This document shows positions 37,083-50,537 of a stretch of DNA of 64,000 nt, piece by piece. Numbering within the stretch: the first letter of the stretch is position 1; every line of letters starts with the position of its first letter. The stretch lies in contig CDMY01000426.1 in NCBI GenBank assembly GCA_001179505.1, positions 14,694 to 78,693 on the forward strand. Reading direction: 5' to 3'. The notes beneath the pieces were generated by a model, which was given only the letters and a program-made list of their open reading frames with translations, searched no databases and had not been told where the DNA came from. This stretch comes from Vitrella brassicaformis CCMP3155 (taxonomy: Eukaryota; Protista; Chromerida). The position numbers and the translations under genes were made by a program.

Positions 37083-39290
37083 CTACCGTGTCGTTGTCCG
37101 CCCTCTCTGGCCCGCTCGAATCAACCGCCATCCGCAAACACGACTAATCTGACCACGCGCACACACACGTACACATCGAGAGGCAGCCGCATCCACACAG
37201 TCAGACCCGCCCGTATCGTACCTGACTTCATGCCAGCCAGTATGTCTGATCTCCTTCACTGTCACTGGGAAGCGTCCGATGCTCGAGCCGTCAGGAAAGG
37301 CGGCACGGATGGAGGGCAGGACAGCTCGACAGTACGCGAACAAACCAAAAAAGGAGATGTCCACAGTCTGCAGCCCGGGGAAGAGGCTGAAGAGGGCCGA
37401 CAGGAGGGTGGATGTGAAAACGGCACGGATGCGACTGCCAGCATCCTCCACAGACACTGAACACACAAGTAGACGAGACAGCAATGGACAAGAGATATGG
37501 ATCGCACGATTGTCTTTGCAAACTCACTCTCATCTAAATCGAACTTGAAACACAGGTTGTCTATCATCGGCAGATTGGTCAGGCCGGCAGCAGCTACCAC
37601 GATCTCCTCCGTCCCCAGCTCCCCTGGGTCAATCGACACCTGTCGCACAACCCTCCCGCCCCCCAGCCCACCCAGCACGCCCAGCGCATCAACGGCAGGC
37701 GGGCCCAATGTTTCGACCTTGGCAACATGATTGGCCAGTTTGTCAGCCAGGAGACGACCGGCACTCACACCCAACCTGTCGTGGATGAGCAGGGTAGTTG
37801 CCCTTGGGAGTGGCTGGAGGTGCTCGATGATGGTGGGCTGAGGCGAGGGGGTGTGGGATGGGGGCGGCTGCTGGAAACTGGCCTGCACGAACACCGCCGC
37901 AGCGCGATCGAATGAGAGGCTGGAGGCGACGTCGACGGCCGCATCGCTGGGGCTGTCGACGGGGTGGGTGAGGTCATGCTGAGTGATGGTGTAGAACACG
38001 CGTGAGGTCTGGCGCGCGAGGTGCTGCATGATGGTCTTGAAGAGGGGGGAGGGATTGGGGGGGAAATCGTCGCTGTTGAAGATGGACAACTCGAAACTAC
38101 CCACAATCGAGTTCTCGAATATGACTGGTGCGTCGGGTCGGCAGCATGCCCTGTGCAGCGACTCCACCGACTGCATGAGGGGAAGGACACTGCTGTAGAC
38201 AGAGTAGAAGCCCATCCGCAGGGTGAGCTGGGTGAGCGACTGGCGGCATCCACGCGACCACAGCGCTGCCTGAAAGGCACACATGATCGAGACCATGAGA
38301 CAGCAACATATACGTCATCCTTCATATGTATCGGTAGCTAACCCGCAGTCGGTCCACCGCTGCACGAGGGTGGGCAAAATCGCCGCCTAGAAGGACCGTG
38401 CCTATGCATTCCAGACGTGCCAGGGGCCCCGGCTGCCCGGCCACTGCCACCGGCATGCGCTCAAACGCCGCCGCCCACTCGCCATCCTCAAACGTCCCAT
38501 CCACACGCCGCAGCGACTGGGACGAGCCGACGAGCTGTCCCACGGCACTCACACCCCACCCCTACTGGGCAAGGCGCTGGAGTGACGGCATCAGCCACCC
38601 TCTGCTGGCCAGACCGGAATGAGCTAAAGTGACGCCGGTGACAGTCTCGAGGGCATCAAGGGAGGGGGGCGGGTGCAGGGTGGACGGGAGGGGCGGTTGA
38701 TGTCGCTGCAGTGACTGCATCTCCCTGCTGCTTAGGTGGGCGCCCTCCAATAATTGGATTGTGTGTCCTCAGCGTGCCGCCCTGCATGCTGGCTGCCCGG
38801 CGGCCGGCAATGTACCCCTCGATCATGGCTATGAAGACGTCGATGCACCAGAGGGCGGCATTCATGGGATAGCGCAAGACGATAGCTGCCAGCCGTGTAA
38901 GCCGGGCCGCCCATTTGGTGACCAGATCCAGAGGGACACGCTGCCAGATGCGCCGCTCGGCCGCGCCACTGCTGTCGATGGTGACGGTGTGATGCTTCGG
39001 CAGTGAGTGCTCCCATGTGTTGCCGGACAGCTGGACGAGTAGACAGAGGGGGAGGAAGGCCGTGATGCAGGTGAGCAGACCCGGCTGCACAAAACGAACA
39101 CAAACAGCGACAGTGAGCCATCGCCCGTCCATTGTTGTGTGCGTGATTTCCTCACCGTGTCTGAGATCTTCTGCCTCAGTTCCCTCTCCCTCTCCTCTCT
39201 CTGTGCCCGTCGCCGCCCTTGGTCGCTCGCAGCACCAGGAGTACCAGCAGCAGAAGATGACGGCTCGGCGGTGCGGAATCGATGGGCCTA
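37083..39290 (-). pseudogene. Expanded-family hypothetical gene (paralogue of 52569-54878) with one frameshift and one in-frame stop
   Basis: Exon PGLLTCITAFLPLCLLVQL...GGTLRT shifts frame at the CA run at 38760-38766 into IQLLEGAHLSSREM. In-frame TAG at 38562-38564 (AQ*GWGVSAVGQL). The rest is open in ORFs 38322..38552, 37262..38296 and 37083..37484. Ends approximate. Confidence 0.75.
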
Positions 39291-39714
39291 CAACGATACA
39301 CACAAACGAGTGAACGACGCCGACTTACACATCCAGACACACACTATGGCAGGGCGTCCATTCATCGTGCAGCAAAATGCAGCCTCACCTGACGGCCGTC
39401 ATCGGCAGTTGCAGCATCAGACATGGTCGTCCATCACACGATGAAGCGAACAGCAGACTTCGCTGCGGATGAAGAACAGACATGTCGACGCCGTTCAACA
39501 AAGCACCTGCAGCATGAGAAAGAATGCTTGTGATGGATGCTTTGCGTCCGTCGCTGTTTGTCCGCCTCCGCGCACACTTACTTGTGTCGTTCATCGGTCT
39601 GTCATCGATACGTCAATGGAATGCAGTGCATTCTGATCAGCGAGAGCTACGTAGAGCCACATCTCGCTGCTGTCAAGCTGCTTTTGGCCTTCGATCGCTG
39701 CTGTCAAGCTCGCA

Positions 39715-40553
39715 ATGGCGCCTTGCTCCCGCCTCCGCTCCGCGCGCAAGACGCCACGGTGAGGGGAGAGGGTTCCCCACATACCGAAAAAATTGAAAGA
39801 TCTGTGTGTTTTTGTGTTTGCAGAATCGTGACTTCCCTGCCTACCTGGGTCGGAGGTGTCATGCGTGTCCCTCTGGCCGCCAGCATTGCGTTTCTCTGTG
39901 CGTTGATGGGCATGGCAGCCACTGGTATCCCTTCAGAAAGGCAGGCCTGCCTCCATGGCCATCGAGATCTTTCAGCACGCTGTCTGTTGTGTGTGTTGCG
40001 TTGGTCTGTGCAGGCGAGTCACCTGGCGAGACGTCTGGCGAGGCAGTCGCTGCTGCTGCTGGCGATGGACAGACCAATCAGCATGGTGTGCACTCACACA
40101 TGCGACACGCCCGTCTCTCTTCACACAGACATTGCACCCCTGATTGATGTGTCTGCATCTCTTTGTCAGATGGCTCCCTCCGCCGAGGCAGAGCGGCAGA
40201 GGCTGACGAAGCAACTTCAAGGGGGTCATCATATCAACAGACGAGCATGACAGACACATCAAAGCAATCCCTATGTCTGCGTGCCCACAGGCAGGGCTCT
40301 CGCTCCGACAAGCAGCTTGGTCGAAACAGGTGATGATGATGGCCACCACGGTGAAATCGGCAACAAATATGGCATTGACGATCTTCGAGAGCCGGGCCCT
40401 GTCGAAACAGGTCATCGCGACCACGTCGAGCCAGACCCACCTGATGACGATTACGAAGACGATGTCCCCAGTGGTGTGTATCTTTCGACACTGTCCTGTC
40501 CTGTCCTGCTGACGATTTTGATCGCCTCCTTGATGTCAGCCTGTTCATGCTGA
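39715..40553 (+). CDS. Small acidic secreted protein, possibly GPI-anchored
   Basis: Exons splice consistently: MAPCSRLRSARKTPR|IVTSL...LAASIAFLCALMGMAATG|ESPGETSGEAV...|DGSLRRG...|RALAPTSSLVETGDDDGHH...PDDDYEDDVPSGVYLSTLSCPVLLTILIASLMSACSC*. Both termini are hydrophobic. Confidence 0.55.
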
Positions 40554-41267
40554 GAGATATGGTGCGGGCAAGGCCGACACTGAGGGCCCATGCGAAAGTC
40601 GACAGCAGGACAGATTATAAGAGTCGACAGCATGGGGACGGCAGCCGTGAGAGGGTTTTCGTGTTTGCGTTGGCTGCCATTTCCAGCACGACACCGTGTC
40701 TATCTGCTCACCCTGACAGAAGTGGTGTAAGCGGGCCGACACGAGAGGGATACGGAAAAGTCGACAGCATACAGTTGCCGTGGATTGATGTGCCTCGAAT
40801 TAGCCTCTGAATTCGTCTCTGCGTGTGCGTCTGCGTGTGCGTGTGCGTGTGCGTGTCTGTAACTATGAGGCGTCCTGGTGTGGATTGCTGGCGTGAGAGA
40901 CTGCTCGGGTGTCGAGCAAATGCGTGTATAGCTGTTAAGGAGACCGAATGGTGCTCACCGTTTCAAGGCACTCGAGCGCTACACAATCGTCCGTCTGTCG
41001 CACCACTCACACGAACCATGCATTGCAATATAAAAGTGTCTGTCTGTCGGTCTGTCTCCGTCCGTCCGTTGCGGCCAGCCAGCCTGCCTGCCTGCCTGCC
41101 TGTCGGCATCCATGATCCATCCATCCATCTGTCGAAGGCCGTCCGTCTACCAAGTTATTCACATCACAGACATGCAGCTCACTCGCGTCAGAAGACGAAA
41201 AAACCGGCATGTACATCGGGGGAGGGAGGAGGGAGGGAGGGGGAGAGGGGCTGGGGTGGGTCAATCT

Positions 41268-42481
41268 TCATCTTGAGGATAGCCTGAACGCCGATGAGGC
41301 CGCCGTGTCGTCATCGTCGTCGTCGTCGCGATCGACCAGACCGAAATTCTCCTCGGTCGTCACCTTCACAAAGACAAACGACAGCAGGTACATTTGATAC
41401 CACCCACTTGTTGATGCGTCTACCGGTGTGTATCTGTATGCGTGTCGTGTGGTCATCTTGATCTCGGCCGCCCGCCACGCGATGAGCAGCAGGATCGCGA
41501 CCACACTCAGAACAAAAGACCACCCCAACACGCCCCACGCACCCATACCCGTCCTGACAACAACAACATTCACACCACCACACACATAATCAATGCCCCC
41601 AGTGTCACAATCTTTCTCCCGAATGGACCTGACCTCATTCTAGAGTCTGCCGGTATTGGGTCGCACATGCCGGTGACGGGGTTGATGACGAACCCCTCCC
41701 CACAGTGGATCTCCTGCTCAGCCTTGATGCTCACACCACCAGCCTCACCCAGCCCCGGCAGCCTATCCTGACCGCCGACGGGCTCATGCACTATCACGGG
41801 AGGGGGAGGGGGCGGCGGTGGGGCGGCTGGTGGGAAGGCCGGCGGCCTCCTCGGCTCGTCCTGTTTCCCCCATCCTCCTCCTGCTGCTCCTGGCTGCTCC
41901 ATGTAGACCTCGCCCGGCCGACCTGGACCCCTGTCGCCGGTTGTGGTGCCTCTACCGGATGATGACTCGGATGAGACGCTCCCAGGAGCACCCCCTGGCG
42001 GCCTGATCGATCACACACACACGGAGGAGAACAACGGACATGATGCGTCTGTCGTCTGTCATTAATGTCTAGATGGCTGTCTGTCTGTCTGTCTCACCGG
42101 GCGCCCTGTTGAGTGTGCCATCCGTCGCCGAGCATCGACGCTGACCATGCAGAAGGAACAGGGGGGCCGCCGGTCCACGGGAGCTTGTCTGGGAAGTCGG
42201 GCGTGGTGGCGATTCTGTAAGTGATGGGCTCCTCTATCACGTAGGGCCGCCCAGTGCCCTCTGACACAAATCCCTGCGTGTCAAAGCCGACAGAATGCAT
42301 CCCCGGGGTCTGCCTGTCATGTGTGTGTTGTGCGCTTACGTCGCTGAGTGTGAGAGTAACGGTAGGTGCGAGTGCCTGGAGGACCTCGCCTATCCAGACA
42401 AAGTTCCAGAGGTAGCCGCCCTCCTCCTCCAGACGCAGATAGTCTGACGGCGCCACACGCTGGCCACTCTGATGGAACACA

Positions 42482-42520
<39 letters not shown>

Positions 42521-45500
42521 CCGAATGAATGGATGCAGGAAGCAACAAGGAGCCGGAGCTGCGAAGCATGTGGACCTACCTGGCCTTGAAGCGCGATGAG
42601 CCTCTGCGCTTCAGCCGGGGACGCTTTGGCGGGCGACGAGAATCGAATACTCAGCTGATATACACAGCACACACAAATGGCGTCCATGGCATGCACAGAA
42701 ACAGCAGCACGTGTGTCTGTCTGTTGTGGTGCGGCGGTTCTCACCATGAGGTCCTGGCCATACATGAGCGGCATCGACGGCTGGGGGTGCACCGAGACCA
42801 CCTTAGCCGATGCAGCCGAGGACACGCCATAGCTGGGGGCGCCCTTCCTAATGACGGGGTAGGTGCTGAAGGAGAACTGCAGCGGGAAACACTGCCGCCC
42901 CGAGCCCGCCCTAAACTGGCCGGGGAAATGGTCGTCAGCGATGCGCGCCTGGTACTTGCCCCTGCAGACAGCAGAAAACGAATCAGAAACGATACGCGGG
43001 GATATGTATGTGTGTGTGTGTGTGGTGGATGTTACTTGGGCAGGTACAGAGCGACCCATTGTCGTGCGTTGACCGGGCTTGAGGCGCCGTTGACGAAGTC
43101 GATTTCGCTGAACATGATGGACTTGGCTTTGCGGGGGTCGGCGTCGCCGCCGATGATGTCCATCTCCACGTGGGAGAGGAAGAAGTTGTACCCGATAGAC
43201 GCTATCACCACCGAGTCCTGCCACCATGCACACACCCAAACACAGGGGCTCGGTGCCCACATGCCTGTGTCTGTCCGTGCTAAGTGTGCTGTGGTCACCT
43301 CTCCTAGGGTGAAGGGAAGAGTCTCCAGGAAGCCGCCCGCCTCCTGTGCCACGTTTCTCACGCCGCTGTCGTACCCATTCTCCGCCCCGCGACCACTGAG
43401 GGCAGCCGCGGCCACTCGCTGCTGGTCGAACAGCGCGTGGAAGTCCTCCGAGCGGCCCAGACCGTTGTTGGAGCACGACAGCATCTGATGAATTACAAAG
43501 ACCGTCGGGATGCGCCTGTGGGTGGTGTGGGGGTGTGGGTGTGTTTGGTGCTGACATTGTCCATGTCTGTTTTTGGGAAAGCGGCGATGGCGAGATCGAA
43601 GATGGAACATGACTTTTCCATCGCTTCCCTGCACCCATCCATCCATCCATCCATCCATCCACACACACATGTGCATGCGCTTTCTCCCAACACCACACGC
43701 CAGACGCACCTGTGCTCATGGTGGAAGATGAGCCACACGGATTTCTCCGACAGCGTGAAGATGCGCTCCCACGCCCCGGGCACGTTCCAGTCGAAGTCGG
43801 GCTGGATGGGCTTGTGGTCGGGACCCACCACATGGAGATTCAGCGAGTTGAGCTCATCCGAAGTCCCAATCGTCACGCCGATCTTCAGAACCAATGTGCG
43901 GCCTGCATATAGACACGACAGACGCCATGGACGCACGGCGGATGGATGGATGGAGGCGTCTTGGTCTTGGCTGACCTTTTGTGTCGAGGTAGAGTTTCTT
44001 CCTGCCGTCGTGCATGTCGGTGATGACCACCCTCGACCGGATGAGCAGTCTGCCGTTGGAGTCCACCGGCCCGCCCAGCACCGCCGCGCCCCCATCGCCC
44101 CCACTCAGGTCAAGCGGCAGCGGCATCGCGCCATAGGACACACACTCGCGGCTCGTTCCTATCAACACAATCGCGCACATGTGGTTGTGTGGTGTTAGGA
44201 AGGTGTTAGGAAGGCACCTACCTGGTGAGTCTCTGCTGAGCGGTGTGAGCGAGATGAGTGACGAGAAGGCCACGCAGAAGGGGAACTTGACGGGTGGCGG
44301 CTCCGGCTGTGAGATCTGGACGTGGTAGGTGCCTGGGGGCACCTCGATGCGGAGGGCGTTGATCATGGCCCGCTGCTCGCCCACCCATAGCCCTTCTGGC
44401 ACGTGCACACCTATCCTGTGAAGCAAGGCAACACAACAACAGCACAGAGGTGCGCAGGGGAGTGTGTGCATGTGGGTGTTGGGGCGAGGGGGAGGGGCAG
44501 GGGTGTCTGTGTGTCGTACCTGACGAATTGGAGCAGGAATGGGGATCCCAGCTCGATGTAGAGGAGGGAGGGGACCTTGGCCTGCACCGGCACCTCCATC
44601 AGCTGACCCTGGCGATAGACACGTCACACACACAGAAGAAATGCACTTGTGTCTATCGGCGCTGAATGATGTGCAGGTTGACCTTGTTCTGAGCAAAGTT
44701 ATGGTCGAGCCTGATATTGGTGTAGCCCTGAAGGAATCGACACACGGCATGAAAACACCCTTCTGTGCCCTCTTGTGCTGGCGCACCGTTGACCATTCCG
44801 TCTGCTGCTGCCCTACAAGCGCGCCCGAGCCACTGCCCGGCACCGGCAGGGTGGGCACCGTCGCCGAGCACCCCTCCTTGCTCGCAGAATGTGCGTCAGC
44901 CTCCAGCCGATCCAACGCCGACATGCCTGCATAGATAGGATCACACACACACACACACAAGTGCGTGTGTGTACACATACACACACACAAGTGCGTGTGT
45001 GTGGGGGACACACAAGTGCGTGTGTGTGTGGGGTGTGGTGATTGCTCGGCGACTCACCTAGGGTGACGAGGAAGGCCTCTGTAGCCTGGACGTCTATTCT
45101 GTAGTAGCCCGGCTGCAGCACCGCCACCATGTGGCCTAGGCTGTCGGACTCGGCTATCTGGCTGCCGCCGTCCATCACACGGACGTGGATGTGCGCATTG
45201 GACAGATCCGCCGGCTCGCACACAAACCTGTTGACCGCAGAGAGACATGCACACACATGGATGTGATGCTCAAATGGCCTGCCTTTGTGTGTGCCTTGTT
45301 TCTGACCTGATGAGCGTGGGTTTCTGTATCTGCAGCTCAGTGGTCTTGACTTTGTCGAAGGTGAAGATGTTGGTCGACAGCACCGGGGCGTCTGGCAACG
45401 ACAGGTAGCCCACCATGTTGAGCGACTGACACATCCACCGTACAACACCACACACAGAACAACGCACTGACAGAGCTGTTCCATCGCTCTCCTTTGTCGA

Positions 45501-48500
45501 CTCACCGGTGGCAGTGGCTGGATGGCCAGCAGGTCAGGCAGGTCAAGCAGCTCAGCCCGCAGCTGGTTGACCAGCAGCTCGTCTTGTTCACCAATCTACA
45601 CACACACACACACACAGAAGGGGATGGAGCATCACACACACGCGTCAAGGCACCCGACTCACTCACCTCAGCGTTGATAGTTGCGTGTGCACAGAGGGTG
45701 GCCATGGCCGAGATGGCGTCCCTGTCCTCCGTCATGCGCAGGACCAGCTCGTACTCGCCCCGGTCGACCTCCTCGTCCATCAGCAGGATGCGGCTCTCCA
45801 TCAGCTTGCCCACAGAACTGCAGACAGACACAACAACACACAACACAACACACATGCGAAGGAAGAGTGTGTGGAAATGTGATGTGTGTGTTGGGTTTGT
45901 GGTGGGGCGCACCGTGGTTGGTTGGGCTTGGTTGATGTGTACTGCGATGGCTTGGGGACCAGCTCGATGGCAAGAGGGAGCCATGGCGGGTGCAGCTCTA
46001 CCTCTACCTATCAAATACACAGACAGCCGGCCAGCCAAACACATATGAGTACAGGTGACCTCGTTGTGTCTCTATGTGGTCTCTCTTTCTCGCTACCCTG
46101 ACGGCCACGGGCTGGTCGGCGACAGTGAATGGGAAGGACGTCTTCATGTCGGGCGACATCCAGAACTGAGTCGGCTTGGACACCTCCAGCTTGTGGCTCA
46201 CCTTCCTGCACACAACACACGACAAACAATGCGCTGTGTCCTTCTATCCATCCATCCATCCACGGTGTATGTGTCGCTCTCATCCTCACCTTGGCACCAG
46301 GTTGAGCAGCACCGATCCCAGGTGGTCGGCGGCCGCCTGCTGCGCCCTCGTGGAGTCCATCAAAGCGCTGAACGAACCAGCCGCCCACGGACACGCTGCA
46401 CGAATGCACACACATGCGTCAGATGAGTGTGAGCGTGTGTCTGTGTGTGTGTGTGTGTACCAGGTATGAGGTCAAGCGGCTCAACCACCATATGCAGCTG
46501 CACCACCGGGCACACAGTGGAGAAGTCGGTCGCCTGGCTGAGCACCATGTGCAGCTGGTACGAGCCGCCCTGGTCCAGCCTCGCAAACAAGCTGTTGGTG
46601 CTCTCCTGAACCACCTGACCGGGCTGCAGCAACTCCATGCCCCCACCGCCCCCATCAGCGGGCGACCTCACGCCGCTGGGGTTGGTGGCCAGGCGCATTC
46701 TGACGGTTGATTTGAGGCCGACGGTGGTGATCTTGATGATGGACGGGGCGGCGATGTCGAGAAGGGTCAGGTGGCGGCCGGATGGGGGGACGATGAACTG
46801 GCTGTCGATGACCAGCTCCTCCCCTCTCCTAGTCGATATCAAAGCAGGCAGCTCAGACGTGCCTGCATACACACACAGGGAGGGGAGAGAGAAAGGGGTG
46901 CACACCAAGACACCGATTCATGTGTGTCTGGGGTCTGTCTCACCAGCTCTGCACAGCCAGTCCTCGCCCCTCAGCTCCTCGCCAGTGCGCTCAATCAGCC
47001 GCATGTCCACCCAGAAAGTGGCACAGGTCACCAGGTTGTCGGCCCATCTCGTCTCGCTCGCGTCGAGGAACTTGTTGCCCGACCCCCCTTTGCTGGGGTC
47101 CAGCTTGGGCCGCCCGACGTAGTAGATGTCGACAGTGTAGCTGCCCGGCTCCAGCGGCCCCAGCAGCTCCGCATAGCCGTTGGACGTCACCCTGGGCTCG
47201 CTCACGTGCATGCCTTCACGATTCAGCTGCAAGCATGGAACAAGGAACACGACACAGAGAGATGGGTGGTCTCTGTTGCCTGTCTGTCTGTTTGTCTGTG
47301 TGCGTGTGTCTGCGTGTGTGCGTGCCTGTAGCCTGAAGTCGCTGGTGAGGTAGTCGCTTTTGATGCCCATTTTCAGGTAGGTCGCCGGGTCGTGGGGCCC
47401 GATGTTGAACGACTTGGACGCCAGGATGTGGGGCTGGGCTGCAGGCAGACAGCCGTGACATAATTGCAGGAAATGCGTGAGTGCACATCATGTTGGTTCT
47501 CTTTCCCACTTACTTACCTGTGGTTGACGGGATGGGTTTCTCGAATCGCTGCCAGTTCTCCCGTTTGCTGCGGAGCATCTCGCCCAGGTAGACCTGACCA
47601 CTGTCCACACACGAACCACTCTGACCACACACACACAGACGCAGGCACACAGCGAGAGGCGAGTCATTCATCTGCAGCCCCTCCCTCGTCTCCCCTCGCC
47701 CATTCTCACCTGCTTGACCAATTCCACAGGTTTCAGCGCCACTTGAACGAAGAAGCCGTCACACGGATGCAGCCCGCCCAGCGGGTAGTCGGCGAAGAAT
47801 CCCAGCCCGTACTTGCCCGGCGGCAGTGGCGTGTGAATGGTCTGGTCGTTGGTACCGCCCAGGGCGTGCATGCGGACCGGCGGGGCGATGACGCGCGGCG
47901 GGGCGTCGAGCGTCGTCAGGATGATCCGCAGGTCGACCGACGACTTGTGTGTCGTCACGCGGAAGAGACTCGGCTCCCTGCACTCGTTGAATGGCACATT
48001 CACACACATCCGTGTGTGGCTGCGGAGGGGAGGGCAGGAGGGTACCTGACGTCAAGGGTGACGACGTGTTTCATCTCCTCGAGCTCGTCGGGCGGGAATC
48101 CAAACCAATCGCGGATGTGCAGAGCGCGGCCCTCGATGGTACCCACCTGAAGATTCAAACATGCACACCTACTCACAAGGACTATGCTTGTTGTGCGCCA
48201 TTCGCTCACTGACCTCCAGGTCATCGGTGTTGTGCGAGTCCGACTGTACGATCTTGGCCGGCAGCCGGGCGTTGGTGCACATCCACGACTGCGGGCCGAC
48301 CTCGAAGGGCGTCAGCTTCGACTCATACTGAATGAATGTGCGACACACACACAACCGAGGAGCGTTTGTGGGCGTGTCTATGGGCAGCGGCAGATGTGTG
48401 AATGGGTGTGTGTTTTGCCTGCCTTGATGTCGACTTCGAGGTCGAATTCCATGCAGTGCGTCTTGCTGTCACTCAGGTACATGGGCTCGCCCGCCAGCAG

Positions 48501-50270
48501 CCACAGCTGCACCACTCACATACACACACACACACACACACAGGGTGCATCGGTGCTCTCGGCGCGTGAGATCGTGTGTGTGTGTTCTTTCTCTGCGCTG
48601 ACCTTGTATGTGAATCCTGAAGGCATGGCGTGGTCCATCACCTGCCCGTTGTATATAGGCGTCGCCCCGATGCACCTGCATAGCACGGATCCGTGTGCAT
48701 CGATTGATAACACAGTTGAGTTTCTCTCTCTCTCGCGCACCCCATTTGGCATGAGGGCTCGGTGGCAGTCTCGTCAGGTGTGGTGTTGAGGTCGAACAGC
48801 TCTATGAGTATCTGGAAGGGGCCGCTGATGAACCTGAAGGTCGACCGGAGGAAGAACCGCACGAACCGGTGCAACCTGATGACACATACACGCAAACACA
48901 CACACAAACAGAGAGAGAGAGGGACGTGGTCTTGTTGTGGTGTTGCAGCCGTGTGTCGGTATACCTCGGGGGCACGTCGACGACGAGTGACCACACCTCC
49001 TGATGAACACAAGTACAGACGTCCATGTGTGGAGGCGTGTGTGTCACGGCGGCCTCCCATTGATCATTTTGAAAGCTCACTCTCTTGAAAGGGTTCCACA
49101 CTCGGTCATGCGTGAAGACGTACACGTACGGCTTGGCTGCATGAACCATACAGAGACCATAAAAGGGCATGCACACGAGTGTGCGCGTGTCCCTGTGTGT
49201 GTTACATGGCGGGTTGCTATCGTGGAAGCCCTTGTCGTCGAGGGTGATCTTCTCGCGCTTGACGGGCAGCCCTGAAGTGCCCGGACAAGAACTGGGGATA
49301 TGGTAAGGCATCCCTGACCACACACAGACATGGAAAGAGAGTGACATCCACCCATCGACGATTGAGAATGCGGCTGCCGACTCACTCCAGATAGCCACGA
49401 CAGTTATGTCGACGCGTACAGGGAAGCAGGATGACTTCCGCCTGGCAGACACACGCGAATGAATGAATGGATGAATGCATGAGTCGGACTGCTTCGGGGT
49501 CGTTACCATCTTGCATCTGCCCCTGGCTCGTCCTGAGCAAGGTCCGCAGCTGACAGACAGACACAAGAAACAAGAACCGCCGACCGATCGATCACCCATT
49601 CACCCTCCCCGCCTCCCTGTGTGCCTCCTTTCTTACTGATTTTGAACACGAGGCGATAGTCCTCCCCCTTGTTGTCAATATCCCCCGTCAGGTAGCACTT
49701 GGCGTTGTCCCCCCCTGCCCCCGGCATCTGGGTGCCCCACAGGACCGGCTTGGCGTACTCGCCCGACACGTGGTTCTCGCTGCCCTTGTAGAGGTCCACC
49801 TTGACCTCGGCCAGTGAGTCGCGGTGCACCTCGACTGATGCCGTGATGATGGAGCGCTTCTTGACCTTGAATGCCAGGGTGTGCTCGTGGACGTCGTCGG
49901 GGATGCCGAATACGTCACCCAGGTAGACCTCGCCTGAAGAAAGAAAGAAACAGACGGACGGGCAGCAGATGGATGTATGTGTGATGGGAGCATGCACTCA
50001 GTGCGTGCGTGCGAGAGTACCGTTGTATTGGAGGTATCCAATTGAGTCGAAAGTAGATGGGATGGGGTGGTACTTGCACGACTTGGGGTTGTACTTCTCC
50101 GCTGCTTGATTCAGCTCTGCATCGCTCACATCGCCATGGCAAACCCCGATGAACACTGCCGACAGCAGCAACAGCAGCATCGCAGAGGCAACACCCATGA
50201 CGGATCTCTCTGGTGCATCCCGCCATCTTCGTCGCTTCGCCCTTGGAGTGCTCGCCTCCATCAATTCCAT
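41268..50270 (-). CDS. Very large multi-exon type I membrane protein with extended ectodomain, Pro-rich stalk, EGF-like Cys motif, one TM and acidic cytosolic tail
   Basis: N-terminal hydrophobic segment VASAMLLLLLSAVFIGVCHG. Dozens of minus-strand exons with GT-AG boundaries. Juxtamembrane HCGEGFVINPVTGMCDP, TM GVLGWSFVLSVVAILLLIAW, and tail YRYTPV...EENFGLVDRDDDDDDD. Not every exon was checked for phase. Confidence 0.72.
44953..45027. repeat. Three copies of ACACACAAGTGCGTGTGTGT inside intron 44927-45057
   Basis: Copies at 44953-44972, 44983-45002 and 45008-45027. Confidence 0.85.
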
Positions 50271-50537
50271 CACCAGCAGCGCCTGTATGCACGTCAATCA
50301 AGGATGCTCTCTCGATGTGCTTGTTCCATAGCTAAGATGAATGGCTGGCGGTGACGCTGGCATCATGCTCATCTCAATTGACATCGGTTTCATTTGCGAG
50401 CTCACGAAAAACGATCGGGAGAGAAGGCGAGGAAGACAGAGAAAAGGGTAGACAGAAGAGGGCGCTTTACTCCCTTGTCTTTCGCACGGTGCAGGTGCTT
50501 GCCTTGGCGAGAAGTGAAGAAGAGAACAACAGAAGCG

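Noticed and set aside
42094-43833. 579-aa minus-strand ORF and the 319-aa antisense ORF 42529..43488
   Set aside because: These read through several introns and mix frames of the large membrane-protein gene. They are not single coding exons.
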